Shown piece by piece: positions 1 to 8,905 of a DNA stretch of 64,000 nucleotides (positions are counted from its first letter, which is position 1; each line of letters begins with the position of its first letter). The notes beneath the pieces were generated by a model, which was not told the DNA's origin, searched no databases, and saw nothing but the letters and a program-made list of their open reading frames with translations. This DNA is from Minisyncoccota bacterium. Lineage in GTDB: Bacteria; Patescibacteriota; Minisyncoccia; Minisyncoccales; Minisyncoccaceae. Where the stretch lies: assembly GCA_041657045.1 (NCBI GenBank), contig JBBACM010000001.1, positions 13,259 through 77,258 of the forward strand, in the 5' to 3' direction. Both the position numbers and the translations under genes were made by a program.

Positions 1-419
1 CAAGCGTTATTGGTATAAGTTCCTGTCTTTTTCTGAACATGACCATCGGATGCGCTGTATAATTTCAAAAATGTATCATAAATTCCCGAACAACTGCTTC
101 CCAACCCTGTCAATCCAGAGCAACAGAGACGATTACTATGCACTGTCGAAGCTGGCAAACCGGCATGCCCCCCCGTGGCATCGTATAATTTTAATAAAGT
201 TGTTCCCGAGGTGCAACTTGCAGAAACAGAGCAAGTTAAAGGTATGGTAGCGATACTTTCTTCTGAAGCTACTGACATATTACTTGCACTAGGCCCCTCT
301 GCCGCAGAAACATTGAAATCGCCACCTCTTTGAAGGATTACAAAAAAGCCGAGAATTAAAATTAAAATCGTAAAAGCTCCCATAATGAACTTTTTATTTT
401 TAAATATTTCTCGGTTCAT
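1..419 (-). CDS. N-terminal part (runs off window) of a secreted/anchored surface protein, paralog of the 583..5520 gene
   Basis: Manual minus-strand translation from ATG at 419: MNREIFKNKKFIMGAFTILILILGFFVILQRGG..., nearly the same signal-anchor as the 1645-aa neighbour. Not in the ORF track because it lacks a stop in the window. Confidence 0.5.
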   Translation of the reverse strand, partial: MNREIFKNKKFIMGAFTILILILGFFVILQRGGDFNVSAAEGPSASNMSVASEESIATIPLTCSVSASCTSGTTLLKLYDATGGHAGLPASTVHSNRLCCSGLTGLGSSCSGIYDTFLKLYSASDGHVQKKTGTYTNNA

Positions 420-486
420 GTTTTGATTAATTGTTTTTAAATTACCGATAAATGTAAGATTTCTTATAAAAAACTGATTCTAATTA

Positions 487-575
487 AAGCCAAAAAAGAG
501 AAAATGTTTTTGAATTTTAAAAATTCTTATCTTTAATAACATTTTCCCTGTTTTTAGCGCCCTTGTCAAGAAAAT
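487..575 (-). promoter_or_regulatory. Conserved promoter plus 5' leader (copy A): -35 TTGACA (564-569), 17-nt spacer, -10 GAAAAT (541-546), dyad TGAATTTTAAAAATTC (511-526)
   Basis: About 90 bp nearly identical to 5585..5665, upstream of the paralogous surface-protein gene. Confidence 0.45.
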
Positions 576-582
576 TGATAGT

Positions 583-3500
583 CTAGAGCGGCGATACCTC
601 TCTCCATTTCGGCAACAAGCTACCAGCAGGGCCAATTATTGCTTCATTCCCACAATAAGGAGAACCTTCAATCTCTAGTCCTACCGTTTTAGGAGCCGTT
701 GATGTGAAGTGAATAAATGGATTTGGAGAGTTCATATCGTCGCCTGGAGCAAAAGAATAATCATCGCCAAGAGTCCCAGGAATTTTCCATATGATAATGT
801 TTCCATTAGTAGAGCATGAAACTGGCGTTCCACCATCATAGCAAACGCTACATTTCCAATCCGTTGAACCAACTACGGCAGGGCCTGTTCCTTTCCAACA
901 AGTAGAATAACAAGTAGCTTCCGAATCACTAATATCTGTTCCGCTACAGAGCTGGATATCGCCATCAACGGAGGTAGCAACAGGGACAACCCTTACTGTC
1001 GAAAAGTGCCTTACGGGCGTTGTAAATGTTGCTGTTGCCCAATCAGATTCGGCACTATTGCTTCTAACTTTAACCCACCAATTATATGTCGTTCCATAAG
1101 CTATTTGATCGTCGCCTGGAGATATTTTTACCCATACCCTACCATACAGCTGCTCGTCAGTTGGTAGATGATCTGTTTCAACCCAACCTGTATTTATTTC
1201 TGCCTCACTAACAAGAGAAGAGGTTCCAATAGCAATCATGTAGTCTGTGATGTAGGCGCCAGGAGTATCGTCCTTGTACGTAAACCATAAATGTAAATTA
1301 CCATCATCTCCATCTAATAAATTTGTATGAGTATCCTCGTCGAAATAATGTTCACAATAGGCATAAGGATCCCATTGTCCGGCCGTATACATAGTTTCTG
1401 CACGAGGCCCTGAAGATGTAGATGATTCTCCTCCTAAAGAAGCAGTGGGCTCACTGGAAACATACTTACGGACAATTACATTATCTATCGTAAGATCTCC
1501 CCCTTGATAATGTGTGAAGCCTGTTTTAAACGTTGATGGAGCTGTATCAACATGATCATAGGTAGTCCAAGTAAGCCCACCATCCGAACTGAATTCGGTC
1601 TTCGTGCCAGCCCCATTCTGATTTATTATCTCTCTAGTATCGTATTGAGTATTGGGATAAATATATCCCGCAAACTGATCTACAACAGCACCGGCCTGAA
1701 AAATTTGAAAACGCCAATCCGTTTTAGCCGCTAGGCCAACCATATCGTAAATAAAGCTACTGCTACCAACTCCTGAGCTTGAATCTTTTACTCCAAGTAT
1801 CGTGTAGTCATAAAAGTTCGTTCCTCTTGCCAATGTTGTTTTATATTTACTTTGAACCATAACTCCACTGGTCGTTCTATCAAATGTAGTATTGGTGTGC
1901 ATTTCCGTACTATCCCACGCCTGATTACCATCGCTAATATTTAATGTTTCATTTTGAGTTATAAAATTATTAGCATCTGTTTTAGACCATTTCGTCGTGT
2001 TAATAATTGTTCCAGAAAAATCATCAAAGAAAAGGAATGTATCATCTCCTTTTGATGCAGGAGGCGCAGAACTATTTCCATAATACATATAAAAAGTAGT
2101 CGCGGGACTAGTGGCAATTGAAGGAATCTTAACCCAGACTTTGGCAGTATCAGGAGTAGCGACAGTATCTATTGACTCGATCCAATAAGGATAGATTGTC
2201 CCGTCTGACTTGGCAAATCTTAAATCGCTAAAATCAGCATTCATTTTCCCTGTAACATAGGGTACATCTATCTTCATGGCGTAATTTGTTAATGATGAAC
2301 CACTAGACACTGTTACCAACTTTTTATAACTCCAACCAGATAGAGAAGGTAGGCCTGAAGAAGCATAGGCCATGCAGCTGGAGGATAATCCCCCATAACT
2401 AGCACAGGTCCAATACCATGGGCCGGCACCAGTAACAGTTGGATTTGTAGAAATATCGGAACAAAGGGCGCTTCCCGAAGGGGCCGAAGCAACGAATGTT
2501 CCGTTTGCAGAACCGCAAATATTGATAGTTGATGCTTCTGCACCAAAACTACCTACAGTTGGTTCGGTTGCAGCATATTTACGCTGATATACCCAATCAA
2601 AATCTGCATTTGTTGTTCCTGAAGTATATGCAAGAACATTCAAAGAAATATGAGTTCCTGCAGGGTTAATAGCCCATGAATTCCAGGTTCCAGATTGACC
2701 AACCCGATAATAAAATGTTGAAGAATAGTCATGTCTCAACTCAAAAGTATACCATGTGCCCAAAGAAAATGTCTGTAAATTTGTCCCCCACGCAACATTT
2801 TCATTTAACGGAGCAATATAAAATGCATTGGAGTGTAATGTAAGTTTCGCACCAATATCATTACCAGTCGTTTTGATACCAACCCGAGCATCACAATCAT
2901 TTGATGTCGCAGTATTGCTTCTAAGCTTAGACCCAGTAATCACGGTCGCATTATTCGTATCTGTTTTTGCCGTAATGGTGTTCCAAGATAAAGGCCCAGA
3001 TATGGAGACAGACATTAAGCTGTTTGCAAATGTTCTAACGCCGGACGATGCAGTGCTGGTCCACTTTGTGGTGTCCAGAGATAATCCATTAAAATCATCG
3101 AAAAAAACAAAAGTGCTATTTCCATCAGATGCAGAAGGCGTAGAACTATTTCCATAATACATATAAATTGTATTTGCACCTGCCGAAAGAGATGTCTTAA
3201 CCCAGACTTTGGCAGTACTGCTTGAAGTATATGACTCAATCCAGTAAGGAAGAAGAGTAGATCCTGTAGAATCAGTGAACCTTATATCATCAAAATCAGG
3301 CTGCATGTCTGAGTCATAAGTAACAGTAATTGGCACTTGATAATCAGTTAATGCTCCGCCTGAACTATTAATCGGAATAGATTTTTTGTATCGTCCTATA
3401 AATGTAGACGTTGAACAGTTGGTCGGTATCGTCTCTCCGACACCGGTACATGTCCAAGTCCAGATACCGGCACCATTAGCAACAGGTCCGGTGACTATAT

Positions 3501-5520
3501 TGCCAGTAGCGCAAAGGCCTGTTGTGGGAGCTGAAGTCGGAAAGTATTGGCCGTTAGAAGAACCGCAAACTCCGGTAGGAACCTCTTCTGCAGAAAAGAT
3601 AGTCGTTGGAACGACCGCAGAATATTTGTGTACAATAATCCAATCCCAATAAGCTTCATAATTATAAAAATAATCATCATCATATCTTTCCCCTAAAGCA
3701 ATGGGCATTGACGTAATTGACCTGTTAATATTTGATACACTACCATAAGACGCCCCCGTAGCATAATTAGCGATAGATAGGTCTACGGCCGAACTGCTTT
3801 TCACGGCAATTTTTGTTAATAAGTCTGTTGCCGCTGGCGAACCCGATTCACCGCCAGGAAGCTCTATCCAATCATTATTAAAATACCAGTTAGACGCGAA
3901 AGGGATAGCTCCAAAACCAACATAATATGATGAATAAAATCCTCCGGACATAAAACCCATATCAGCCATAGTAACATAACGATGTTTTGTTTCTAGAACA
4001 AAGGGCGTTGTGGCGACGCTAAAAGTAGATATTGATTTTAATCTATCTTTAGTGTTTGACCCTTTTAATTCTCCACCATAAAGAACCCATTCTGGAGCAA
4101 CAGCTGTTCCACTAGACTGAATCCATTTAGAGAGACCGTTATTAAAATCGTCAAAAAAGATAAAAGTATTGGCTCCACTTGAACCAGGGCCAGTCCAACC
4201 ATTACCATAATACATATAAATTATAGTCGCGGCGGCATTAGAAATCGTCGGAACCTTAACCCAGACTTTGGCAACGTCTGGATTGGAGACAGTATCTATT
4301 GACTCGATCCAATAAGAGAGAAGGGTTGCTCCGGTAGAATCGGTGAATCTTAAATCATCAAAATCAGTTTGCATGTCTGAATCATAGGTAACATTAATGG
4401 GCACTTGATAATCAGTCAGTGCTGTCCCAGTATTAATTATTGTTATTGCCTTTCTGCGATCCCAAGCCTTGCTGGCTGTGGATAGTTGTTGGGCCCACAT
4501 TACATAAGTAGGCTCAGAGGGAGTAGGACCCGTAGACATAACAAATTTACGAACAGCAACCCAATCAACCGAGATAGCCTGTGCGTGTCCATAAAAAGAT
4601 GCGGGTAATTGAGAAATTGTTGTTGGTAAATTGGTAGTGATAGTAGAAACAACTGTATTGTCAACACTATAAATCGCACTTACAGTAGAGTTTCTACTAA
4701 TATCATAAATATGATATCCAGTGGTCGGAGTTAGTTGAACTTCTGTTTTATTCGCCGGATAAGGATTTCTTGAAAGTGCGCCAAAAGAACCGGCAACAGG
4801 ATAATTAACATAAAACATATCTGTATAATAATTGTCCGAAGTTCTAAATCCCCAACCAGCATAAGATGATGCTGAGGCCACGCTGACTCTTGAACGGAAA
4901 GAATATCCATTTCCAAATGTCGATATCGAACTTAACATTGATGTACTTGGAGTTCCGGTCGTAGGAATAGTTGCTATATAAGGAGAAATATTATTTAATG
5001 TTGCTGCTCCTGTCCATTTTGTTACATCAAAACTTGTCCCGATAAAATCATCAAAAAAATCAAAAGTATCTACTCCGCTTGAAAGCGTGCCTGTGGTAGA
5101 ATTTCCATAAAACATATACAGATAGGTTAAACCTGCAGTGGGTATGCTCGGAACCTTAACCCAAAAAGTGGCAACGTCTGGGTTGGGAGCAGTGTCTATA
5201 GATTCCAACCAATAAGGAAGTAAAGTAATCCCATCTATTGAAGTAAACCTTATATCATCAAAATCGGACTGCATTTCAGATACATAAGGAACTGTGATTT
5301 TAATCTGATAATCGGTTAAATTAACTCCGGTCGGATTAGTAATCTCTATTTGTCTCTTGTAAGTAAAGGTTGGCAGACGCTGCATCAGCCAGCTCTCTCC
5401 TGCTGCAGAAACATCAACGGTGGACTGTCTTTTAAAGATAAAAAAAGCTCCAAGAATTAAAATTAAAACTGATAGAGCTCCTATGATAAACTTTTTGTTC
5501 TTAGGTATTTTTGAGTGCAT
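583..5520 (-). CDS. Giant (1645 aa) secreted, N-terminally anchored surface protein with four DUF2341-like repeats, LamG/ConA-like modules and two Cys-rich modules
   Basis: N-terminal TM/signal anchor. Four repeats of ...LTDYQ(I/V)...DSDMQ.DFDD(I/L)RFT...YW(I/L)ES...AKVWVK(V/I)P...YMYYGN...F(F)FDDF. Two copies of a C-x5-C...W.WTC motif. Confidence 0.6.
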   Translation of the reverse strand: MHSKIPKNKKFIIGALSVLILILGAFFIFKRQSTVDVSAAGESWLMQRLPTFTYKRQIEITNPTGVNLTDYQIKITVPYVSEMQSDFDDIRFTSIDGITLLPYWLESIDTAPNPDVATFWVKVPSIPTAGLTYLYMFYGNSTTGTLSSGVDTFDFFDDFIGTSFDVTKWTGAATLNNISPYIATIPTTGTPSTSMLSSISTFGNGYSFRSRVSVASASSYAGWGFRTSDNYYTDMFYVNYPVAGSFGALSRNPYPANKTEVQLTPTTGYHIYDISRNSTVSAIYSVDNTVVSTITTNLPTTISQLPASFYGHAQAISVDWVAVRKFVMSTGPTPSEPTYVMWAQQLSTASKAWDRRKAITIINTGTALTDYQVPINVTYDSDMQTDFDDLRFTDSTGATLLSYWIESIDTVSNPDVAKVWVKVPTISNAAATIIYMYYGNGWTGPGSSGANTFIFFDDFNNGLSKWIQSSGTAVAPEWVLYGGELKGSNTKDRLKSISTFSVATTPFVLETKHRYVTMADMGFMSGGFYSSYYVGFGAIPFASNWYFNNDWIELPGGESGSPAATDLLTKIAVKSSSAVDLSIANYATGASYGSVSNINRSITSMPIALGERYDDDYFYNYEAYWDWIIVHKYSAVVPTTIFSAEEVPTGVCGSSNGQYFPTSAPTTGLCATGNIVTGPVANGAGIWTWTCTGVGETIPTNCSTSTFIGRYKKSIPINSSGGALTDYQVPITVTYDSDMQPDFDDIRFTDSTGSTLLPYWIESYTSSSTAKVWVKTSLSAGANTIYMYYGNSSTPSASDGNSTFVFFDDFNGLSLDTTKWTSTASSGVRTFANSLMSVSISGPLSWNTITAKTDTNNATVITGSKLRSNTATSNDCDARVGIKTTGNDIGAKLTLHSNAFYIAPLNENVAWGTNLQTFSLGTWYTFELRHDYSSTFYYRVGQSGTWNSWAINPAGTHISLNVLAYTSGTTNADFDWVYQRKYAATEPTVGSFGAEASTINICGSANGTFVASAPSGSALCSDISTNPTVTGAGPWYWTCASYGGLSSSCMAYASSGLPSLSGWSYKKLVTVSSGSSLTNYAMKIDVPYVTGKMNADFSDLRFAKSDGTIYPYWIESIDTVATPDTAKVWVKIPSIATSPATTFYMYYGNSSAPPASKGDDTFLFFDDFSGTIINTTKWSKTDANNFITQNETLNISDGNQAWDSTEMHTNTTFDRTTSGVMVQSKYKTTLARGTNFYDYTILGVKDSSSGVGSSSFIYDMVGLAAKTDWRFQIFQAGAVVDQFAGYIYPNTQYDTREIINQNGAGTKTEFSSDGGLTWTTYDHVDTAPSTFKTGFTHYQGGDLTIDNVIVRKYVSSEPTASLGGESSTSSGPRAETMYTAGQWDPYAYCEHYFDEDTHTNLLDGDDGNLHLWFTYKDDTPGAYITDYMIAIGTSSLVSEAEINTGWVETDHLPTDEQLYGRVWVKISPGDDQIAYGTTYNWWVKVRSNSAESDWATATFTTPVRHFSTVRVVPVATSVDGDIQLCSGTDISDSEATCYSTCWKGTGPAVVGSTDWKCSVCYDGGTPVSCSTNGNIIIWKIPGTLGDDYSFAPGDDMNSPNPFIHFTSTAPKTVGLEIEGSPYCGNEAIIGPAGSLLPKWREVSPL

Positions 5521-5561
5521 ATTTTAATTAATATTGAGCTTATAAATTTTTATCCAAAAAT

Positions 5562-5579
5562 TTCGGAATTAATTCCGAA
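5562..5579. repeat. 18-bp perfect palindrome TTCGGAATTAATTCCGAA in the leader of the giant surface-protein gene
   Basis: Read directly from the sequence. Confidence 0.5.
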
Positions 5580-5584
5580 TTAAA

Positions 5585-5665
5585 AAAAGGGAAATGTTTT
5601 TGAATTTTTAAAATTCATGTTTGTTAATAACATTTTCCCCTTTTTCTATTTCCTTGTCAAGAGAA
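5585..5665 (-). promoter_or_regulatory. Conserved promoter plus 5' leader (copy B): -35 TTGACA (5655-5660), 17-nt spacer, -10 GAAAAT (5632-5637), dyad TGAATTTTTAAAATTCA (5601-5617)
   Basis: Duplicate of the 487..575 region. Confidence 0.45.
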
Positions 5666-6265
5666 TTATTTTTTAGAAAGGATGACTTCGTCCACGACTC
5701 CGTATTCTTTGGCCTCTTCAGCTGTTAAATAGAAATCCCTGTCGGTATCTTTGGCAATTTTAGCCAAAGGCTGGCCCGTATGCTTTGACAAAATCTTGTT
5801 TACACTTTCCTTTATTCTTAATATCTGTTTAGCGGTAATTTCTATTTCCGAGGCCTGTCCCCTTACCCCGCCCATAACCTGATGGAGAAGGATTTCTGCA
5901 TTAGGCAAAGCATATCTCTTCCCCTTAGCTCCGGCAGCAAGAAGCATGGCGCCCATTGAAGCTGACATTCCGATTGAAACAGTAGAAACGTCTGGCTTTA
6001 TATACTGCATTGTGTCGTAGATAGCCAATCCCGCGGTCACTGAACCTCCAGGACTATTGATATATAATTGAATATCTTTCTTCGGATCTTTTGAAGTCAA
6101 AAAAAGCATCTGGGCCACAATAGTATTAGCCAAATGGTCGTCAATAACTCCGGCCAAAAAAATAATTCTGTCCTTTAAAAGACGGGAATAAATGTCGTAT
6201 GCCCTCTCCCCGGCTTGTGTTTTTTCGATTACAGTTGGAATTAACATACCTTTATATATTAGCAT
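5666..6265 (-). CDS. clpP: ATP-dependent Clp protease proteolytic subunit. The true start is probably the internal Met (MLIPTV..., about 6247), which would remove the overlap with tig.
   Basis: Strong ClpP family similarity ([24 protein letters not shown]) and the classic tig-clpP order. Confidence 0.9.
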   Translation of the reverse strand: MLIYKGMLIPTVIEKTQAGERAYDIYSRLLKDRIIFLAGVIDDHLANTIVAQMLFLTSKDPKKDIQLYINSPGGSVTAGLAIYDTMQYIKPDVSTVSIGMSASMGAMLLAAGAKGKRYALPNAEILLHQVMGGVRGQASEIEITAKQILRIKESVNKILSKHTGQPLAKIAKDTDRDFYLTAEEAKEYGVVDEVILSKK

Positions 6266-7506
6266 CCGAATAATTGGAATATTTTTTCTCTTTTCAGCTC
6301 GTCTTCGATGTGCACTTTCGCATGCTCCATGTCTATTCCCTTCCTTGCTTCTTCCTTATCCGGATATTGATTAATTATTTCTTCTATCTTCTCTTCTATT
6401 TCTTTTTCTTCTACTTGTATTTTCTCATCTTTTACTATTTGGTTCAAGACCAAGAACCCTTTTACTTTTTCTCCGGCAATCTTCTCAAATTCTTTCTTAA
6501 CGTCTTCCTCTGTCTTTTTGATTTGCGATAAGTATTGGTCGTAAGCCATGCCTAATTCGCTTTGAACTCTTGATTTAACGTTTTCAATCATCATTTCAAC
6601 CTCTCTTTCAATTAAAATTTGAGGGACTTCGAACTTGACTTTTTCCAGTATTTTATTTATAGCTTGCTCTCTCTGTTTTTGCTTTTCAGCAATTTCTTTT
6701 TCTTGTTTTATCCCCTTCTTAATATCTTCTTTTAGTGCTGCTATATTCCCAAAATGCCCTAAAGATTTGGCCCACTCGTCGTTTATCTCTGGCAATTCCA
6801 TTTTTTTTACCGAATCAACTTTAACGCGAAGAGTTAATTTCTCTTTTTTTTCTTGAGGATTAACGGTTTCAAATTCCTTTTCTTCTCCCCTCTTCATCCC
6901 CGTAATCACGTCTTCAAGCCCTTCGATATAGTGGCCCTTACCCAAAACAATTCTGTCTTTTTTTACTGCATCATCTTTAATACTCAAGCAACTAAAAGAA
7001 AATTCCACCAAGTCGGTCTTTTCCGCTCCGCTTTCCTTTTCAGAAAACTTAGCCCTTGATTGCTGCAGCCAATTTAAAGTGTCCTCAACTTCTTTATCCT
7101 CCACTTTAACCTCTTCCCTCTTTATACCCTTGCCGATACTTTGCAAATCGGGCAGCTTAATCTCAGGAATAATTTCAAATTCCGCATTAAAAATAAAAGG
7201 ATTCCCCTTGGCAACTTTCACTATTTCTACCTGAGGAGGAGACACAACTTCAATCTTTGTTTCTTTAATAATTTTAATCCAATTATCTCTAATCGCGTGC
7301 TCTGACGCTTCGGATAAAACAGTGGCCGGATTAAGTTTTTCTTCAACTAAATTTTCCGGAGCTTTTCCTTTTCTAAAGCCGGGCAGTTCAACATCTTTAA
7401 CGATTTCTCTCAAGGCCTCAGCGTAATAATTATCAAATTCTTCAGGAGTTACTTCAACTTCCGCCTTTCTTTTAATTGATGATATTTCTTTAATTTCGTA
7501 TTTCAT
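6259..7506 (-). CDS. tig: Trigger factor
   Basis: Trigger-factor-like N-terminal ribosome-binding region, Glu/Lys-rich, directly upstream of clpP. Confidence 0.8.
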   Translation of the reverse strand: MKYEIKEISSIKRKAEVEVTPEEFDNYYAEALREIVKDVELPGFRKGKAPENLVEEKLNPATVLSEASEHAIRDNWIKIIKETKIEVVSPPQVEIVKVAKGNPFIFNAEFEIIPEIKLPDLQSIGKGIKREEVKVEDKEVEDTLNWLQQSRAKFSEKESGAEKTDLVEFSFSCLSIKDDAVKKDRIVLGKGHYIEGLEDVITGMKRGEEKEFETVNPQEKKEKLTLRVKVDSVKKMELPEINDEWAKSLGHFGNIAALKEDIKKGIKQEKEIAEKQKQREQAINKILEKVKFEVPQILIEREVEMMIENVKSRVQSELGMAYDQYLSQIKKTEEDVKKEFEKIAGEKVKGFLVLNQIVKDEKIQVEEKEIEEKIEEIINQYPDKEEARKGIDMEHAKVHIEDELKREKIFQLFGC

Positions 7507-7517
7507 CTCTTTAAGTA

Positions 7518-8768
7518 TTATTCTTCTGATTCTTCATCAATATGAAGCTCTTCCTCTTCTTTTTTAACCTCATTCATCTGGTCTTCGCTTTTGACGTCTA
7601 TTTTCCAACCGGTTAGTTTAGCAGCTAATCTCACATTTTGACCGTCTTTTCCAATAGCCAAAGATAATTGGTCTTTAGGGACAATAACGATAGCCGTATT
7701 TCTGGGCTGGACTAAAACATCAATAATTTTGGCCGGAGATAAAGCGCTGGCAATAAATTTGGCTGTATCTTCATGGTATTCAATAATATCAATCTTTTCC
7801 CCGCCTAGTTCTGACATAACGGCGGCAACTCTTACTCCCCTCTGGCCAACCATGGCACCGATTGGATCAACTCCTTCGGCCGAAGAAGAAACGGCTATCT
7901 TTGTTCTTGAACCAGCCTCCCTGGCAATTGCTCTAATTTCAACTTGAGCGCCGGATATTTCTGGAACTTCTAGTTCAAATAACTTAGAAATCAATTTCGG
8001 GTAACTTCTTGATAGTAAAATAATAGGTCCTTTTGGAGTAGTATCAACTCTTAAAACATATAGCCTCAATCTCTGCCCTTCTTTATAGAACTCCCCCCTT
8101 ATCTGCTCTTCTTTAGGAAGGATTCCTAGAGATTTACCGATATCAAAATAAATATTCAATCCTTCGATTCTTTGAACTATTCCTGAAACAATTTCACCCT
8201 CCTTTGATTTGTATTCGGCCAAAACATTTTCTTTCTCCGCTTCCCTTATTTTCTGTAAAACAACCTGTTTTGCAGTTTGAGCTGCAATTCTGCCAAAATC
8301 ATCCCTGCTTTCAAGAGGAATAACCAATTCTTCGCCGGCTTTTAATTTCTTGTCTTCTTTAATAGCCTCTTCTATTAATATATGTTTTTCTGGATTGTAC
8401 CTTACCCTTCTCTCTGCATTCTCCCCTTCTTTTTCTATTTCTTCGGTATTTAATTCCGCTTCAGTCGGCCTATAACTATCCTTAAGTTTAATCTTTATTT
8501 CTTCTGTTGGTTCTGCTCCCCCTTCAACTTCTTCTGTCTTTTCGGGGATATAAACCATGGTGTCATCAACAACAGCTCTTACTCTCCAAAAATCAACCTT
8601 TCCGGTCTTGGGGTTTATCTTGGCCTTAATTACCTGCCCCTTCTTGCCATATTCTTTTTTATACGCCGAAGCCAAGGCATGCTCTACCGTATCTAAAACT
8701 TTCTCCGGTGATAGTCCTTTCTCTTCGGATATTTGCGTCATCGCTGATAAAAATGATTGAAAGTCCAT
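7518..8768 (-). CDS. nusA: Transcription termination/antitermination factor NusA
   Basis: N-terminal NusA domain plus S1 and KH regions, with an acidic C-terminus. Confidence 0.85.
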   Translation of the reverse strand: MDFQSFLSAMTQISEEKGLSPEKVLDTVEHALASAYKKEYGKKGQVIKAKINPKTGKVDFWRVRAVVDDTMVYIPEKTEEVEGGAEPTEEIKIKLKDSYRPTEAELNTEEIEKEGENAERRVRYNPEKHILIEEAIKEDKKLKAGEELVIPLESRDDFGRIAAQTAKQVVLQKIREAEKENVLAEYKSKEGEIVSGIVQRIEGLNIYFDIGKSLGILPKEEQIRGEFYKEGQRLRLYVLRVDTTPKGPIILLSRSYPKLISKLFELEVPEISGAQVEIRAIAREAGSRTKIAVSSSAEGVDPIGAMVGQRGVRVAAVMSELGGEKIDIIEYHEDTAKFIASALSPAKIIDVLVQPRNTAIVIVPKDQLSLAIGKDGQNVRLAAKLTGWKIDVKSEDQMNEVKKEEEELHIDEESEE

Positions 8769-8794
8769 ATTTTTAAATTATTATTTAAATTGGT

Positions 8795-8877
8795 AATAAA
8801 AAGGTCGGAACCATCCGACCAATCAAAAATCTACTCTATTCTTAATTACATTTTATCAGAACAAAAGGAGTTGTCAA
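8795..8877 (-). promoter_or_regulatory. nusA promoter and leader attenuator on the minus strand: -35 TTGACA (8872-8877), 16-nt spacer, -10 TAAAAT (8850-8855). Leader hairpin GGTCGGATGGTTCCGACC (8803-8820) followed by a U-run (8795-8802), about 26 nt before the nusA ATG.
   Basis: Read from the sequence. This is an intrinsic-terminator-like structure inside a 5' leader. Confidence 0.5.
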
Positions 8878-8905
8878 GTCTTAAATTTTAATATATTATT
8901 AAATC
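8871..8905 (+). promoter_or_regulatory. Putative cca promoter: -35 TTGTCA (8871-8876), 17-nt spacer, -10 TATTAT (8894-8899). The predicted transcription start is at or next to the ATG, so the mRNA would be leaderless.
   Basis: The hexamers overlap the divergent nusA -35 (near-palindrome CTTGACAAG). Confidence 0.35.

Noticed and set aside
50-250. Plus-strand 66-aa ORF
   Set aside because: It lies entirely inside the minus-strand partial surface-protein gene (1..419), which has a paralogous signal-anchor N-terminus. No independent support.
2313-3683. Several 60-110-aa ORFs on both strands inside the 1645-aa gene (e.g. 2828..3157, 3386..3652)
   Set aside because: They are antisense or out-of-frame overlaps within a long, repeat-rich, clearly coding region.
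5666-6265. 7-nt tig/clpP overlap as a real translational overlap
   Set aside because: An internal Met (MLIPTV...) 6 codons downstream gives a conventional, non-overlapping ClpP start. The overlap is probably an ORF-caller extension.
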